Source: Azolla caroliniana (taxonomy: Eukaryota > Plantae > Polypodiophyta). Taken from it: DNA of 23,552 nucleotides. Position 1 is the stretch's first letter. Every line of letters begins with the position of its first letter. Of the stretch, positions 8,182 to 19,310 are shown piece after piece. The stretch covers positions 1-23,552 of the forward strand of contig JBHGNT010000475.1 of NCBI GenBank assembly GCA_043228905.1, written 5' to 3'. The position numbers were made by a program, and so were the translations under genes. A model generated the notes under the pieces. The model ran no database searches. It saw only the letters and a program-made list of their open reading frames with translations, and was not told where the DNA came from.

Positions 8182-11100
8182 TACTCCCCCTCTTTAAAAC
8201 ATTGCACTCTTGCAATGGAAAGTTAGGGAAATTAGTTCTGAGAGTAATTTCGCGTTCCCATGTGGCATCTTTTATTGATTTATCCATCCATTTTATTTTA
8301 AATTCTCGGATTTGTTTAGTACGTAATTTTTTTGTTTTAACATCGAGAATTCTTTCTGGTACATGTGGTTTAGAAGATAATTCTTCAGAAGTAACTAGAG
8401 TTTCAGTTGTAACTGTATTCTCGCCAGAACCTAGAAGTTCTTTTAGACGACTCACATGGAAGACTGGATGAATTCCAACACCATCGGGAAGAGCAAGACG
8501 ATAGGCTGATGACCCAATGCGTTTGAGGACTGTAAAAGGTCCACAAAACCATGGGGCTAACTTAGCGCACTTACCCGTAGACAATGTCTTAGAATTGTGA
8601 GGTACACGTAAAAATACCTTCTATCCAGGGTTGAATACACGAGGTTGCCTATGATGATCGGCATAAAAATGCGCTCTATCTTGAGCTGTTTTTATATTAT
8701 CTCGTGCAATATGCAACATATCTTGCATATCCCGAAGAAAGTTTTGCGTACTTCGCAACTCATCATGATGTATATTAACATCAATTGGGGCTCGTGGCTG
8801 AAAACCATACATCAACATAAAAGGACTATATCCCGTCGATGTATGCTTGGAGCTGTTATAAGCAAACTCCAAAATTGGGAGATAACGTTCCCATTTTGTT
8901 GGTTTTGCACCAACGTATGCTCGAAGCATGTCCTCAATAATTTGATTTACTCGTTCTGTCTGTCCATCGGATTGAGGATGATCCGTGGAGCTCATGCTCA
9001 ACGTAGTTTCTAACTTCTTAAAGACTTGCGTCCAGAAGTCACTAGTAAACTTTGGATCTCGATCACTCACGATATCCATAGGTAACCCATAAAAACGAAA
9101 CAATTCGTCAATGAATTGGTAAGCCAATTCAGGAGCTATTACCGTGGTTTTAGTAGCAATAAATCTGGCCATTTTAGTTAGTCGATCAACGACAACCCAT
9201 ATGGCATCATGACCTTTTTGGGTGCGAGGAAGGCTAACAATAAAATCCATGGATATACTTTCCCACTTATTATTGGGAATGTCCAAGGGATGTAAAAGTC
9301 CTGCGGCTTTAAGTCGCTCGGCTTTCTTAACCTGACACTGGTGACATTTAGTCACATAGTTATGTATGTCAGGACGCATCTTAGGCCAATAAAATTGAGT
9401 GGAGATGAGAACGAGTGTACGATGTATTCCAGGGTGCATCATGGCATTCAAAAAGAATCCTCTTTTTGACCTCGGGTAAATCTGGAACACAAACCTTCCC
9501 ATTACGGTAGAGCAAACCGTTAGCAATGTGGAAGTATTCCTTTGAGGATGTGGTGGTGTCTGTTCCAGACTCAACTCTTGCCCAGTATTTTGCAAAATAA
9601 CTGTCATCAGGATACTTTCCTCGAAGGTGATCATAAAGATCTGATGTTATTTCAGTGAAGCTAAGCATGTTAACTTCACGGATGCGACTTAGTGCATCAA
9701 CGACAGTGTTCATGGAACCTTTACGATATCGTATGGAAAAATCAAAGTCCTGGATGAGATCAGCCCATCGTGCCTTACGACCTTTCAGGTCTTGTTGGTC
9801 ATAAAAATATTTCAAGGACTCGTGGTCCGTAGTTACCACAAAGCGATTTCCATAAAGATAATGGCGCCATGTTTTGAGCGCATGTATAACTGCAAATAAT
9901 TCCTTTTCTTGAACGGTATACCGACATTGAGCAGAATCAAGTTTCTTACTCTCGAATGCTATTGGTTTACCATCTTGATACAAGACAACACCTATAGCAT
10001 AATCGCTTGCATCGGTTTCAACCTCAAAAGGTTTTGAAGGATCAGGTAAAAGAAGTGAAGGAGCCTTGCAAACCAGGTCCTTGAGTTCCTTAAAGGCGAG
10101 GTCTAGTGTAGCATTCCACACAATAGGTTTTGTAGACTTACGCGTTTGACCTTTTAAAAGATCAATAAACGACGTCGTCAATTGGGAGTAATTAAGAAGA
10201 GACTTTCGCAAAAACCCGACAAAACCAAGGAATGATCGAACTTCTCGAATATTCCGAAGAGTGGGCCAAAGCTTGATTTTCTCAATGCGAGAAGGATCAA
10301 TTTCAACTCCTCGTTCGGTTATGAGATGTCCAAGATAAGTAATTGATTTCTTGAAGAACTCACATTTTGAGATCTTCGCATAAAACTGTTTGTCACGCAA
10401 TGTTTGTAAAACAAAGCGGACATGTTTAGCATGTTCTTGTAATGTACGGCTATAAACTAAAATATCATCCAAGAAAATAACGACAAATTTTCCAAGTTGT
10501 TCTCGGAAAATGTTATTCATTTCTTGTTGAAAAGTAGCCAGAGCATTGGACAAACCAAAAGGCATAACCAAAAACTCGTAATGGCCATAGCGCGTACGAA
10601 ATGCCGTTTTAGGAACATCGTCCTCACTTATTCGTATTTGATGGTAGCCAGTACGGAGATCAAGTTTCGTAAAATACCGAGCTCTTTGGAGACGGTCAAT
10701 TAGATCGTCAGCCCGGGGCAATGGGTACGAATTCTTGATCGTCACTTTATTCAAGCGTCGGTAATTAATACACATACGCCATGTGCCCTCTTTCTTTTTA
10801 ACCAAGAGAACTGGTGCACCCCATGGAGATTTACTATAACGTATATAACCCATTCGTAAATAGTCCTTGAGTTGCTTAGATACCTCATCTTCTTCGGATC
10901 GACTTAAGCGATAGGGAGGTATACTTATTGGTGCAACACCAGGTACAATATCTATACGATGGTCTATATTACGTTTAGGAGGTAACCCATCAGGTAGTTC
11001 ACTTGGAAAAACATCATGAAAAACATTTAAGATTTCATCAAGTTGTTGTTGTTCAAAATATGTTAATTGAAGCGGGACATTATCGATATTGTAAACGTGA

Positions 11101-11730
11101 ATGTCTGGATCAAGTACACAATAAAATAACGTAGAACAAGACAACTCGGATATTGATGGACACGAGGAAACAATTGAGAGGGATTGTTATTTTACACATT
11201 GAATAAAATGCATACAATCGTTCAGTACAAAAGAAATGGAATGGCGAACCCAATCAATAAATAAAGAAGAGTTTTTATTATAAAACCAGGGATAACCCAG
11301 TATTACATCGGTGGTACAAAGATTCATTACATGGAAGTCTACTTCCTCTATATAAGTATCAGTAGAAATTCCTAATGAATGAATCGCCCCGTTGATGTAT
11401 TGTACTCTTCCATCAGCCAAGTGCACCGTGTAGGTGTGATCACTTACGGTTGGTTGGATTCCCCATATCAGAACCAAACGATCATTCACAAAATTGTGTG
11501 AGCTTCCCGAATCAAATAAAAATTGTACGGGAGATCCATTGATATACCCGTTTGCACGTAGTAAATCATTGGGACCCAATACATAGTGAGGGAAAGAACA
11601 TTGACAATTACTTAAATGATGTGTATAGACCTGAAGGACATTAGGAATCTTACCTTTATGGTCTGCAGCTTTAGCTTTGTTGTCGTGCTCTTTCCGTTGG
11701 AGCTTTCGACATTGATCTTTTGTATGACCC
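8168..11730 (-). pseudogene. pol: Element B gag C-terminus plus pol (protease, RT, RNase H, integrase, chromodomain)
   Basis: LFDSGSSHNF; FLDD; [10 protein letters not shown]; SDRDPKF..HPQSDGQTERVNQ; GPF..IHPVFHVS; PERILD..FKIKW..ATWE. In-frame stops at 11187-11189 and 8621-8623 and one frameshift near 9435. Confidence 0.95.
8182..8193 (-). other. Polypurine tract of element B
   Basis: Minus strand AGAGGGGGAGTA immediately before the LTR's TG. Confidence 0.9.
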
Positions 11731-12345
11731 TGTTGGGATTACGGTCCCTCCGGATGGGATGGTCGGATGTCTGGGAATCGGGAATGAAGACCCGGATGAT
11801 GAAGACCCCGGCTACGGAGCCGGATGATGAAGACCCCGGCTACGGAGCCGGATGATGAAGACCCCGGTTACGGAGCCGGATGATGAATGTACCCGGAGAG
11901 AGATCCGGATGCGGGGACATATTTGAGAATATGTTTGCCAAGGGCCCTTGAGGCTATATTTGTAAATAGCCCGAAAGTCATATGTGTATAAATATGACTT
12001 AGGGCAAACAGTTTTATGTTGCTGCTAAGTTTTCTTGTTTGACTTAGAGGGAGTGAAGAGAGCAGCCGAGAGAGAGAGACGAAGAGGTCGTTGCCTCTGT
12101 GTATTACCGCCGCCTGTGGCGAAGACAGTGAGCTCAAGGTTGTTGCCTTGTAGCCTCACCATTGTACATCTCTGTTCATAGTGATAGTTGGAGTCTGAGG
12201 ACTCCCGTGGTTTTTCCCATTTAGGGTTTTCCACGTAAACATCTTGTGTACTCTCCTCTCTATTGTCTTCGTGCATTTCGTATTTCCTGTTTTCTGTGAG
12301 TTAATCCTATTCCTCGGTTGTGGCCGAGAGCACTGTTTTACAACA
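11731..12345 (+). repeat. 5' LTR of element C (three 28-bp tandem units at 11792-11875)
   Basis: TGTTGGGATT...TTACAACA; direct repeat of 16461-17047; TATAAATA at 11987-11994. Confidence 0.97.
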
Positions 12346-12348
12346 AAG

Positions 12349-12360
12349 TGGTATCAGAGC
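12349..12360 (+). other. Primer binding site (tRNA-iMet) of element C
   Basis: TGGTATCAGAGC 3 nt after the LTR end. Confidence 0.96.
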
Positions 12361-12376
12361 AAGGTTAACACAGAAA

Positions 12377-15300
12377 ATGGAAGGCGGCAGCAGCGGGCAA
12401 CCGGGAATGATGGTGCTGAATGCGCAGAATTACGCCGACTGGAAGATCAAGATGGAGGATCTTCTGATTGTTCGGGACCTGTACGAACCGATTGACAGGT
12501 CGGAAATACCGAAGGGAGTACTTGAGTCGGAGTGGAAGCTCCTGAACCGGAAAGCCGTAGCGACGATCCGACAATATGTCGATGTAAGCGTCCTACAACA
12601 TGTGGCGAACGACACCAACGCATATGAGATGTGGAAGAAGCTGTCAGGCCTCTACGAGAGGAAGAATGCGTTGAACCGGACCTCCCTGATGAGGAAGATA
12701 GTGAATCTCAAGTACCGGGACGGCGAGAGTATGGTGGAACACGTAAGCACGTTCATGGGATTCGTGAATCAGCTTGCGGCGATCAAGTTCCCGTTGGAGG
12801 ATGCAATGCAAGCCATCATCCTGATGTGTACATTGCCGGAAAGCTGGGAGAACTTGGTGGTGACTCTCAGCACCTCCTGCACGGAAGATAACTTGTCCCT
12901 ACAAACGGTAAAGACAAGTATTTTGAACGAAGAAGCGCGTCGGAGAGATAAAGAACCGGCCTCTGACTCGAAGGCGCTGCTTACCGAATCGGAACGGGGA
13001 AGACACTGGAACCGGAGTCCGCAAAGACGGGAGAAGTCGGGGACCCGGTCGCAGTCAAGAGGAAGACCCACCTGCTTCCACTGTGGGAAGCCGGGGCACT
13101 TCCGGAAGAATTGTCGGCATTACCGAAAAGACAACGGAGCCGACGACACCGATTCGAAGAAGTCACCGGAGCGAAACGGTGCATACCGGGGAGCCACGGA
13201 CCGGAGAGGTCCGGATCGGCGAGGGCAGGACCGGAAAGGAACGACGGCACTCGCGGCAAGTGAAGAAGAGATAATGCTCATTACCGAAGAGAGGGAGCTG
13301 AACCTTGCCGGTGAAGAGATGACCTGGGTGGTCGATTCCGAAGCGTCGTTCCACCTGACCCCGGAGAAGAAATACTTCTCATCCTACACAGCCGGTGAGC
13401 ACGGCTGTGTCCGGATGGGAAATGAAGGTACATGCCGGATTGCCGGCATAGGAGACGTGTGGCTGAAGACATCAACCGGATGCAAGATGCTGCTGAAGGA
13501 TGTTCGACACGTTCCGGAGGTTCGATTGAACCTGATTTCGGCCGGGAGGCTAGACGATGAAGGCTACACGGGTAGCATCCGGAACGGTGTCATGAAGTTC
13601 AGCAAAGGGAGCCTGATAGTGGCTCGGGCCCGGAAAGACAACACACTGTACCTGATGAATGCCTGGTTATGTCCGGAAGAGCTGAATGTGGCAGCCGACA
13701 CTGCCGGTGAGCTGTGGCACAAGAGACTGTGCCACATGAGTGAGAAGGGGATGAAGAGGCTTGCAGAAGACAACCTTATTCCAGTGAAGCATGTGCACCT
13801 GGAGAAGTGTACCGATTGCCTGGCCAGTAAGCAGAACCGAACCTCCTTCCACGCAAGGCCACCGACGAGACGTAGTGTACCATTGGAGTTGGTACACACT
13901 GATGTGTGTCAGGTAGAAACGAAGTCACATGGCGGAGCCCAGTACTTCGTGACATTCATTGATGATCACAGCCGGAAGCTGTGGACGGCACCGTTGAAGA
14001 CAAAGGACCAAGTGTTGTCCGTCTTCAAAGAACTCCACGCGAGAGTGGAAAGGGAATCCGGCAAGAAGTTGAAAGCGATACGAGCGGATAACGGAGGGGA
14101 ATACCGGGGGCAGTTCGCGGAGTACTGTCGCTCGAAAGGAATCCGGCTCGAGTTTACTGTGCCGAAGACGCCGGAACTGAACGGGCTGGCCGAGAGGATG
14201 AACCGGACCATAATGGAGAGGGTCCGGAGTATGCTGGCGCATGCGGAATTACCCAAGGGGTTTTGGGCTGAGGCAATGTCGACGGCGACATACGTGATAA
14301 ACAGATCACCCTCAGTACCTTTGGACGGAGACACGCCGCAGAGAGTGTGGACCGGTAAGGAAGTGTCCTACCGGCATCTGAAGGTGTTCGGGTGTCTCGC
14401 ATACGTGCATGTGGCAAAGGACCGGAGAGGAAAGCTAGATCCAAAGACCCGGCCATGCATATTCCTCGGTTACGGCGATGACGAGTTCGGCTACCGAGTA
14501 TGGGACCCGGTCGACAAGAAGATATTCCGGAGTCGTGATATCATCTTCATGGAGAACAAGACACTCGCCGACTGGGAGTCGGAGAAGAAGATGAAGAGCT
14601 CCAAGTCGACCGGTGAGGATCAACTCTACGAGGAGCAGTCCCGACCGGCAAGGGACCGGTTAGCACTCGAGGATCCGGCCGAAGAAGGTGGAGAAACAGA
14701 ACCGGCCGAAGAAGATGAAAATGATACCGGAATCGGCCCCGATCCCGAAATGGATTCGGATGAAGAAGAATCGGAAGAACCGGTTACCAAAGCTCCGGAA
14801 CGGAGATATCCTCTAAGAGAGAGAAGGGCCCCCCGGAGATTTCCGGAACCAGAGCACGTGCTGCTAACCGACGAGGGGGAGCCGGAGAGCTTTGAAGAAG
14901 CAAAACTTGACACCCATAGCCGCAGGTGGTTAAGTGCCATGCAGGAGGAGATGGATTCCCTGCATGAGAACCACACATATGAACTTGTGGAGTTGCCGAA
15001 AGGAAAGCGGGCACTTCGAAACAAGTGGGTGTTCAAGCTGAAACCGGGAGATGCCGGAAACCCCCCGAGATACAAAGCCAGGATCGTGGTGAAGGGGTTC
15101 CAGCAGAAGAAGGGCGTCGACTTCGACGAGATATTTGCCCCGGTAGTGAAGATGACCTCCATCCGGACGGTGCTGAGCATAGCGGCAAGCATAGACCTCG
15201 AGGTAGAACAGATGGACGTGAAGACGACATTCCTTCACGGTGACCTCGAAGAAGAGATCTACATGCAGCAACCGGAAGGATTCGAGAAGAAAGGGAAGGA

Positions 15301-16450
15301 GCACCTGGTATGCCGGTTGAAGAAGAGCCTTTACGGACTGAAGCAGGCTCCCCGGCAATGGTACCGGAAGTTCGACTCCTTCATGACCGACGAAGGGTAC
15401 CACAAAACGCAGTCCGATCACTGCGTGTTTGTGAAGAAGTTCGAAGGAGGAGACTTTCTAATACTCCTCCTGTACGTGGACGACATGTTGATCGTCGGAC
15501 GGGACCAGGTCAAGATACGGATGCTGAAGAAGGCTCTTCACCGAACCTTCTCAATGAAGGACTTGGGTCCGGCGAGGCAAATACTAGGGATGCATATCAT
15601 CCGGGACCGGAAGAAGAAGCAGTTGTGGCTGTCACAGGAGAAGTACGTGACAAAGGTGCTTCAACGGTTCAACATGTCGGAAGCAAGACCTGTCGGGTCA
15701 ACCCTCCCGGCAAACTGCAAGTTGTCCAGCAAGCAAAGCCCCAAGACAAAGGCTGAGAAGGAGGACATGATGAAAGTACCATATGCCTCTGCCGTCGGAA
15801 GCTTGATGTACGCAATGGTGTGTACAAGACCAGACATAGGATATGCAGTTGGAGTGGTGAGCCGGTACATGAGCAATCCCGGCAAAGAGCACTGGAACGC
15901 GGTCAAGTGGATACTCCGATACCTGAAGGGCACGGCAAACGTGTGCCTCCGATTCGGCTCCGGTAAGCCCGAACTCGACGGCTTTACCGATTCGGATATG
16001 TCGGCTGATGCAGATACCAGCCGGTCCACATCAGGGTATGTGATGACGTATGCAGGGGGAGCCGTTTCGTGGCAGTCGAGGCTGCAGAAGACGGTTGCGT
16101 TGTCAACCACGGAGGCGGAGTACATGGCAGCTGTTGAAGCCGGCAAGGAAATAATATGGATGAAGGACTTCATTAGAGAGCTCGGGATCCGACAGGAGGA
16201 GTACCGACTCTACTGCGATAGTCAGAGCGCCATCCACCTTGCAAAGAACGCGGCCTACCATTCCCGGACGAAGCACATCCAGCGAAGATATCACTGGATC
16301 CGGGAAAGGATAGAAGACCAGGAGTTCGTGCTGACGAAGATCCACACGGAAGAGAACGGGTCAGATATGCTGACCAAAGTGCTAACACCCGACAAGCTGG
16401 AAGCGTGCCGGAACAGGGTCGGACTGGAAAGACATCCCATGCCGAAGTGA
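12377..16450 (+). CDS. gag-pol: Copia gag-pol polyprotein, 1357 aa from the first ATG
   Basis: CFHCGKPGHFRKNC; WVVDSEASFH; LWHKRLCH..CTDC; VHTDV, RADNGGEY, NGLAERMNRT; YKARIVVKGF, LYVDDML; TDSD, TEAEY, CDSQSA, RTKHI, DMLTK. Confidence 0.97.
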   Translation: MEGGSSGQPGMMVLNAQNYADWKIKMEDLLIVRDLYEPIDRSEIPKGVLESEWKLLNRKAVATIRQYVDVSVLQHVANDTNAYEMWKKLSGLYERKNALNRTSLMRKIVNLKYRDGESMVEHVSTFMGFVNQLAAIKFPLEDAMQAIILMCTLPESWENLVVTLSTSCTEDNLSLQTVKTSILNEEARRRDKEPASDSKALLTESERGRHWNRSPQRREKSGTRSQSRGRPTCFHCGKPGHFRKNCRHYRKDNGADDTDSKKSPERNGAYRGATDRRGPDRRGQDRKGTTALAASEEEIMLITEERELNLAGEEMTWVVDSEASFHLTPEKKYFSSYTAGEHGCVRMGNEGTCRIAGIGDVWLKTSTGCKMLLKDVRHVPEVRLNLISAGRLDDEGYTGSIRNGVMKFSKGSLIVARARKDNTLYLMNAWLCPEELNVAADTAGELWHKRLCHMSEKGMKRLAEDNLIPVKHVHLEKCTDCLASKQNRTSFHARPPTRRSVPLELVHTDVCQVETKSHGGAQYFVTFIDDHSRKLWTAPLKTKDQVLSVFKELHARVERESGKKLKAIRADNGGEYRGQFAEYCRSKGIRLEFTVPKTPELNGLAERMNRTIMERVRSMLAHAELPKGFWAEAMSTATYVINRSPSVPLDGDTPQRVWTGKEVSYRHLKVFGCLAYVHVAKDRRGKLDPKTRPCIFLGYGDDEFGYRVWDPVDKKIFRSRDIIFMENKTLADWESEKKMKSSKSTGEDQLYEEQSRPARDRLALEDPAEEGGETEPAEEDENDTGIGPDPEMDSDEEESEEPVTKAPERRYPLRERRAPRRFPEPEHVLLTDEGEPESFEEAKLDTHSRRWLSAMQEEMDSLHENHTYELVELPKGKRALRNKWVFKLKPGDAGNPPRYKARIVVKGFQQKKGVDFDEIFAPVVKMTSIRTVLSIAASIDLEVEQMDVKTTFLHGDLEEEIYMQQPEGFEKKGKEHLVCRLKKSLYGLKQAPRQWYRKFDSFMTDEGYHKTQSDHCVFVKKFEGGDFLILLLYVDDMLIVGRDQVKIRMLKKALHRTFSMKDLGPARQILGMHIIRDRKKKQLWLSQEKYVTKVLQRFNMSEARPVGSTLPANCKLSSKQSPKTKAEKEDMMKVPYASAVGSLMYAMVCTRPDIGYAVGVVSRYMSNPGKEHWNAVKWILRYLKGTANVCLRFGSGKPELDGFTDSDMSADADTSRSTSGYVMTYAGGAVSWQSRLQKTVALSTTEAEYMAAVEAGKEIIWMKDFIRELGIRQEEYRLYCDSQSAIHLAKNAAYHSRTKHIQRRYHWIRERIEDQEFVLTKIHTEENGSDMLTKVLTPDKLEACRNRVGLERHPMPK

Positions 16451-16458
16451 AGGGGGAG
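16449..16458 (+). other. Polypurine tract of element C
   Basis: GAAGGGGGAG 2 nt before the 3' LTR. Confidence 0.92.
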
Positions 16459-16460
16459 TT

Positions 16461-17047
16461 TGTTGGGATTACGGTCCCTCTGGATGGGATGGTCGGATGT
16501 CCGGGAATCGGGAATGAAGACCCGAATGATGAAGACCCCGGCTACGGAGCCGGATGATGAAGACCCCGGTTACGGAGCCGGATGATGAATGTACCCGGAG
16601 AGAGATCCGGATGTGGGGACATATTTGAGAATATGTTTGCCAAGGGCCCTTGAGGCTATATTTGTAAATAGCCCGAAAGTCATATGTGTATAAATATGAC
16701 TTAGGGCAAACAGTTTTATGTTGCTGCTAAGTTTTCTTGTTTGACTTAGAGGGAGTGAAGAGAGCAGCCGAGAGAGAGAGACGAAGAGGTCGTTGCCTCT
16801 GTGTATTACCGTCGCCTGTGGCGAAGACAGTGAGCTCAAGGTTGTTGCCTTGTAGCCTCACCATTGTACATCTCTGTTCATAGTGATAGTTGGAGTCTGA
16901 GGACTCCCGTGGTTTTTCCCATTTAGGGTTTTCCACGTAAACATCCTGTGTACTCTCCTCTCTATTGTCTTCGTGCATTTCGTATTTCCTGTTTTCTGTG
17001 AGTTAATCCTATTCCTCGGTTGTGGCCGAGAGCACTGTTTTACAACA
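16461..17047 (+). repeat. 3' LTR of element C (two 28-bp tandem units)
   Basis: Matches the 5' LTR apart from one 28-bp unit and about 6 transitions. Confidence 0.97.
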
Positions 17048-17909
17048 GACCCTTCTTTTTGTAAAATACGCAAAAAGGATGTTGTCGCTTACAATCGCGA
17101 TCCAGGAATTCGTTGGGTGTCTTGCGTTTCCCAACAAATTGCGACTGCTTAGTCCCGGGCGCTTCGTTGGGTTTGTTGTGGTCCTTCTTCGAAGTGTGTT
17201 GATAGCGAAGAACTATTTCAACGGCCTCTTCGAAGGATTTTGGATCCTTATCGTGCACTATCCAGTGATAGTCCGAATTGGGGATGCCATTGACAAAACA
17301 AGCTATCAACCAATTGTCCCCTTCTAGACCCGATTTTTGGATTTGGGTTCTAGCATGGTGAACATAGTCTTCTAGAGAGGAAAATTTCCTGCTAGAGAGG
17401 TTCATTAAAGCTTGTGTTGCCTCGGTTCGAGAGGGAGGTTGCAGAAATTGGCCCTTAAAAACCGTGACAAAATCTGTCCAAGTATCGGGCAATTTCCCCG
17501 TTGTACGGAGCCCACGCCACCAGGCGGCGGCCTTACCCTCGAGTTCTCGGCCGACATATGCAATCTTCGTACTATCTGGCGTCGGATAGAGCTCAAAATG
17601 AGACTCCCATTGTCCCAGCCATGTGCAGATTGCTTCTTCGGTTCTTTCCTTTTTGTCTCCCGTAAATGGCTTAACGACAAATGATGGTTCACCTTGTCGC
17701 TCATCAGGTCTATTAGTCTCACGTTGTAGACTAATGACACGTGCCTCAAGAGCACTCTAAGATTGCCGAAGTTCGGTCATCTGTTGAGCAGTGAAACTAA
17801 GGTATTGGGTTATTTGTGCCAAATACATCTCAGTGGACATTTGTCCAGGAGGATTCCCTTGAGTTCCTTCCGCTTGAGCGGATGACATCGGGTCGTTAAT
17901 TTGAGCCAT
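17048..17909 (-). pseudogene. gag: Element B gag (N-terminal part up to the copia insertion)
   Basis: ATG at 17909 (MAQINDP), premature TAG at 17759-17757, LEGKAAAWW..TWTDFVTVFKGQF; ends FCVFYKKKG and resumes HTKDQC beyond element C. Confidence 0.9.
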
Positions 17910-19044
17910 TAAAGATTATTTCTGGAAAAGAAATAGGATAAGGTCAGAGAGATAGTCATAACATCATGTCGTGATGTAAACATATCATGGGCAAACATTA
18001 ATCGATATCATGATCTCACGTCAATACCCCTCTAGACGTATGAGATGAGGTTCAAGATCAGGTTACTATGGTAACACAAAGGTGTTTAAAAAACCATCGG
18101 GGTGACAATTTAATGTCTTTCCCTGATCTCTATATCGATTTTTTTATGACGGCTCCCCGAGGCTCAACCATGTATGTTCGTGTCATGAGTAGTTTATACA
18201 CGAAAAAAATGTTAACAATAAACTATGTTTCGGTGCCCACATATGTGGTTTCGGCTCTTTAAGTCCTATTACGAGGACCCCGAGGTGCACTTAGACCTTA
18301 AGTCTAAACATGTGTTATAGTCATATGTATCAACGATTTTGTATGGTCTTGGTCATATTTGAACTCGAGACCTCGAGAACAAATGCATTAAACACTTGAG
18401 CCAACCAAGTAGGTTGCTCTTCTCGAATGCTTAATGTTTGATGCGTATAAGAGATATGCGAGGCATTTGATCATATATGTTTTTTTTAAAGAACATATAT
18501 GTCAAGGGTCCTTATTTCGCCCTCATTTACCAAATTATGTTGGTACGTTACCTAACCTCAAGTCTCGTAATTACGATGGCATAGGCCAAATTGCAACCTA
18601 ATGGTCAAGCCAAATGAGCCCTCGTTTCGTAGTAGGCCCACGTGGCCCATCACATGGTCACGTCATTACGAATGCCTCTTGTAAGAACGAGCTCATGGTC
18701 GCGTCATTGGAGCGACCTCAGTTGAACTGGGTCAAGCCCTACGTACTCAACATCATTATGGCTATAGGTGTTTCTTTACGTAACGAAATCGAGGTCATCA
18801 ACGGGGTTGTCAACAATAAAAAATTGTTGAAAAAGGGATGGTGACAACGCCATTCTCACAAAAATGTGAGGACGGCCACCAACATCCTTTTCCCGACAAG
18901 GACAACTTTCGATATAATCACGTAATAACGAATATACACATATGTTTACTTATCACATATATACGATCAAATACGTATATACGTGACCACATATGCTTAT
19001 ATTAACATATCGTTATATTAAATAGCCACAAATGATGTGATCGA

Positions 19045-19310
19045 GATACGTAATCGAGGTATATACCTTTATGCACACGAAACATCCACAAATAAGAGAT
19101 CATCGTAATACGCAATTGAGGTATTGACCTCTTACGCATACGAGACCAACCACATATCGTTTACAACAAATCAAGGTATTAAACTCATACGCAAACATAA
19201 CATATGTTCGTGAACGTAATACGTAATTGAGGTATTAACCTCATACGCATACGACACTCATCACATATTATTAATATGTCAAATGAGGTATTGACCTCGT
19301 GCACATATGT
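19045..19310. repeat. Degenerate tandem repeat (55-62-bp period) with a palindromic core in element B's 5' leader
   Basis: GAGGTATT(G/A)ACCTC-like cores at 19056, 19118, 19173, 19229 and 19285. Confidence 0.8.

Larger units (their letters stand above)
11731..17047 (+). mobile_element. Element C: full-length young Ty1/copia retrotransposon (Tnt1/Tork-like)
   Basis: TG..CA LTRs of 615 and 587 bp, perfect TSD GACCC (11726-11730, 17048-17052), PBS, PPT and a single uninterrupted gag-PR-IN-RT-RH ORF. Confidence 0.98.

Noticed and set aside
12320-12376. N-terminal extension of the copia ORF (MAESTVLQQ..)
   Set aside because: It starts at a non-ATG codon within the LTR and crosses the PBS; the first ATG is at 12377.
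12365-16388. Many antisense and alternate-frame ORFs over the copia ORF
   Set aside because: Expected shadow ORFs of GC-rich coding DNA, with no recognisable motifs.
19045-19310. CRISPR-like array (palindromic repeats with spacers)
   Set aside because: The cores are degenerate, the spacers are related to each other, there are no cas genes, and it lies inside a eukaryotic retrotransposon leader.
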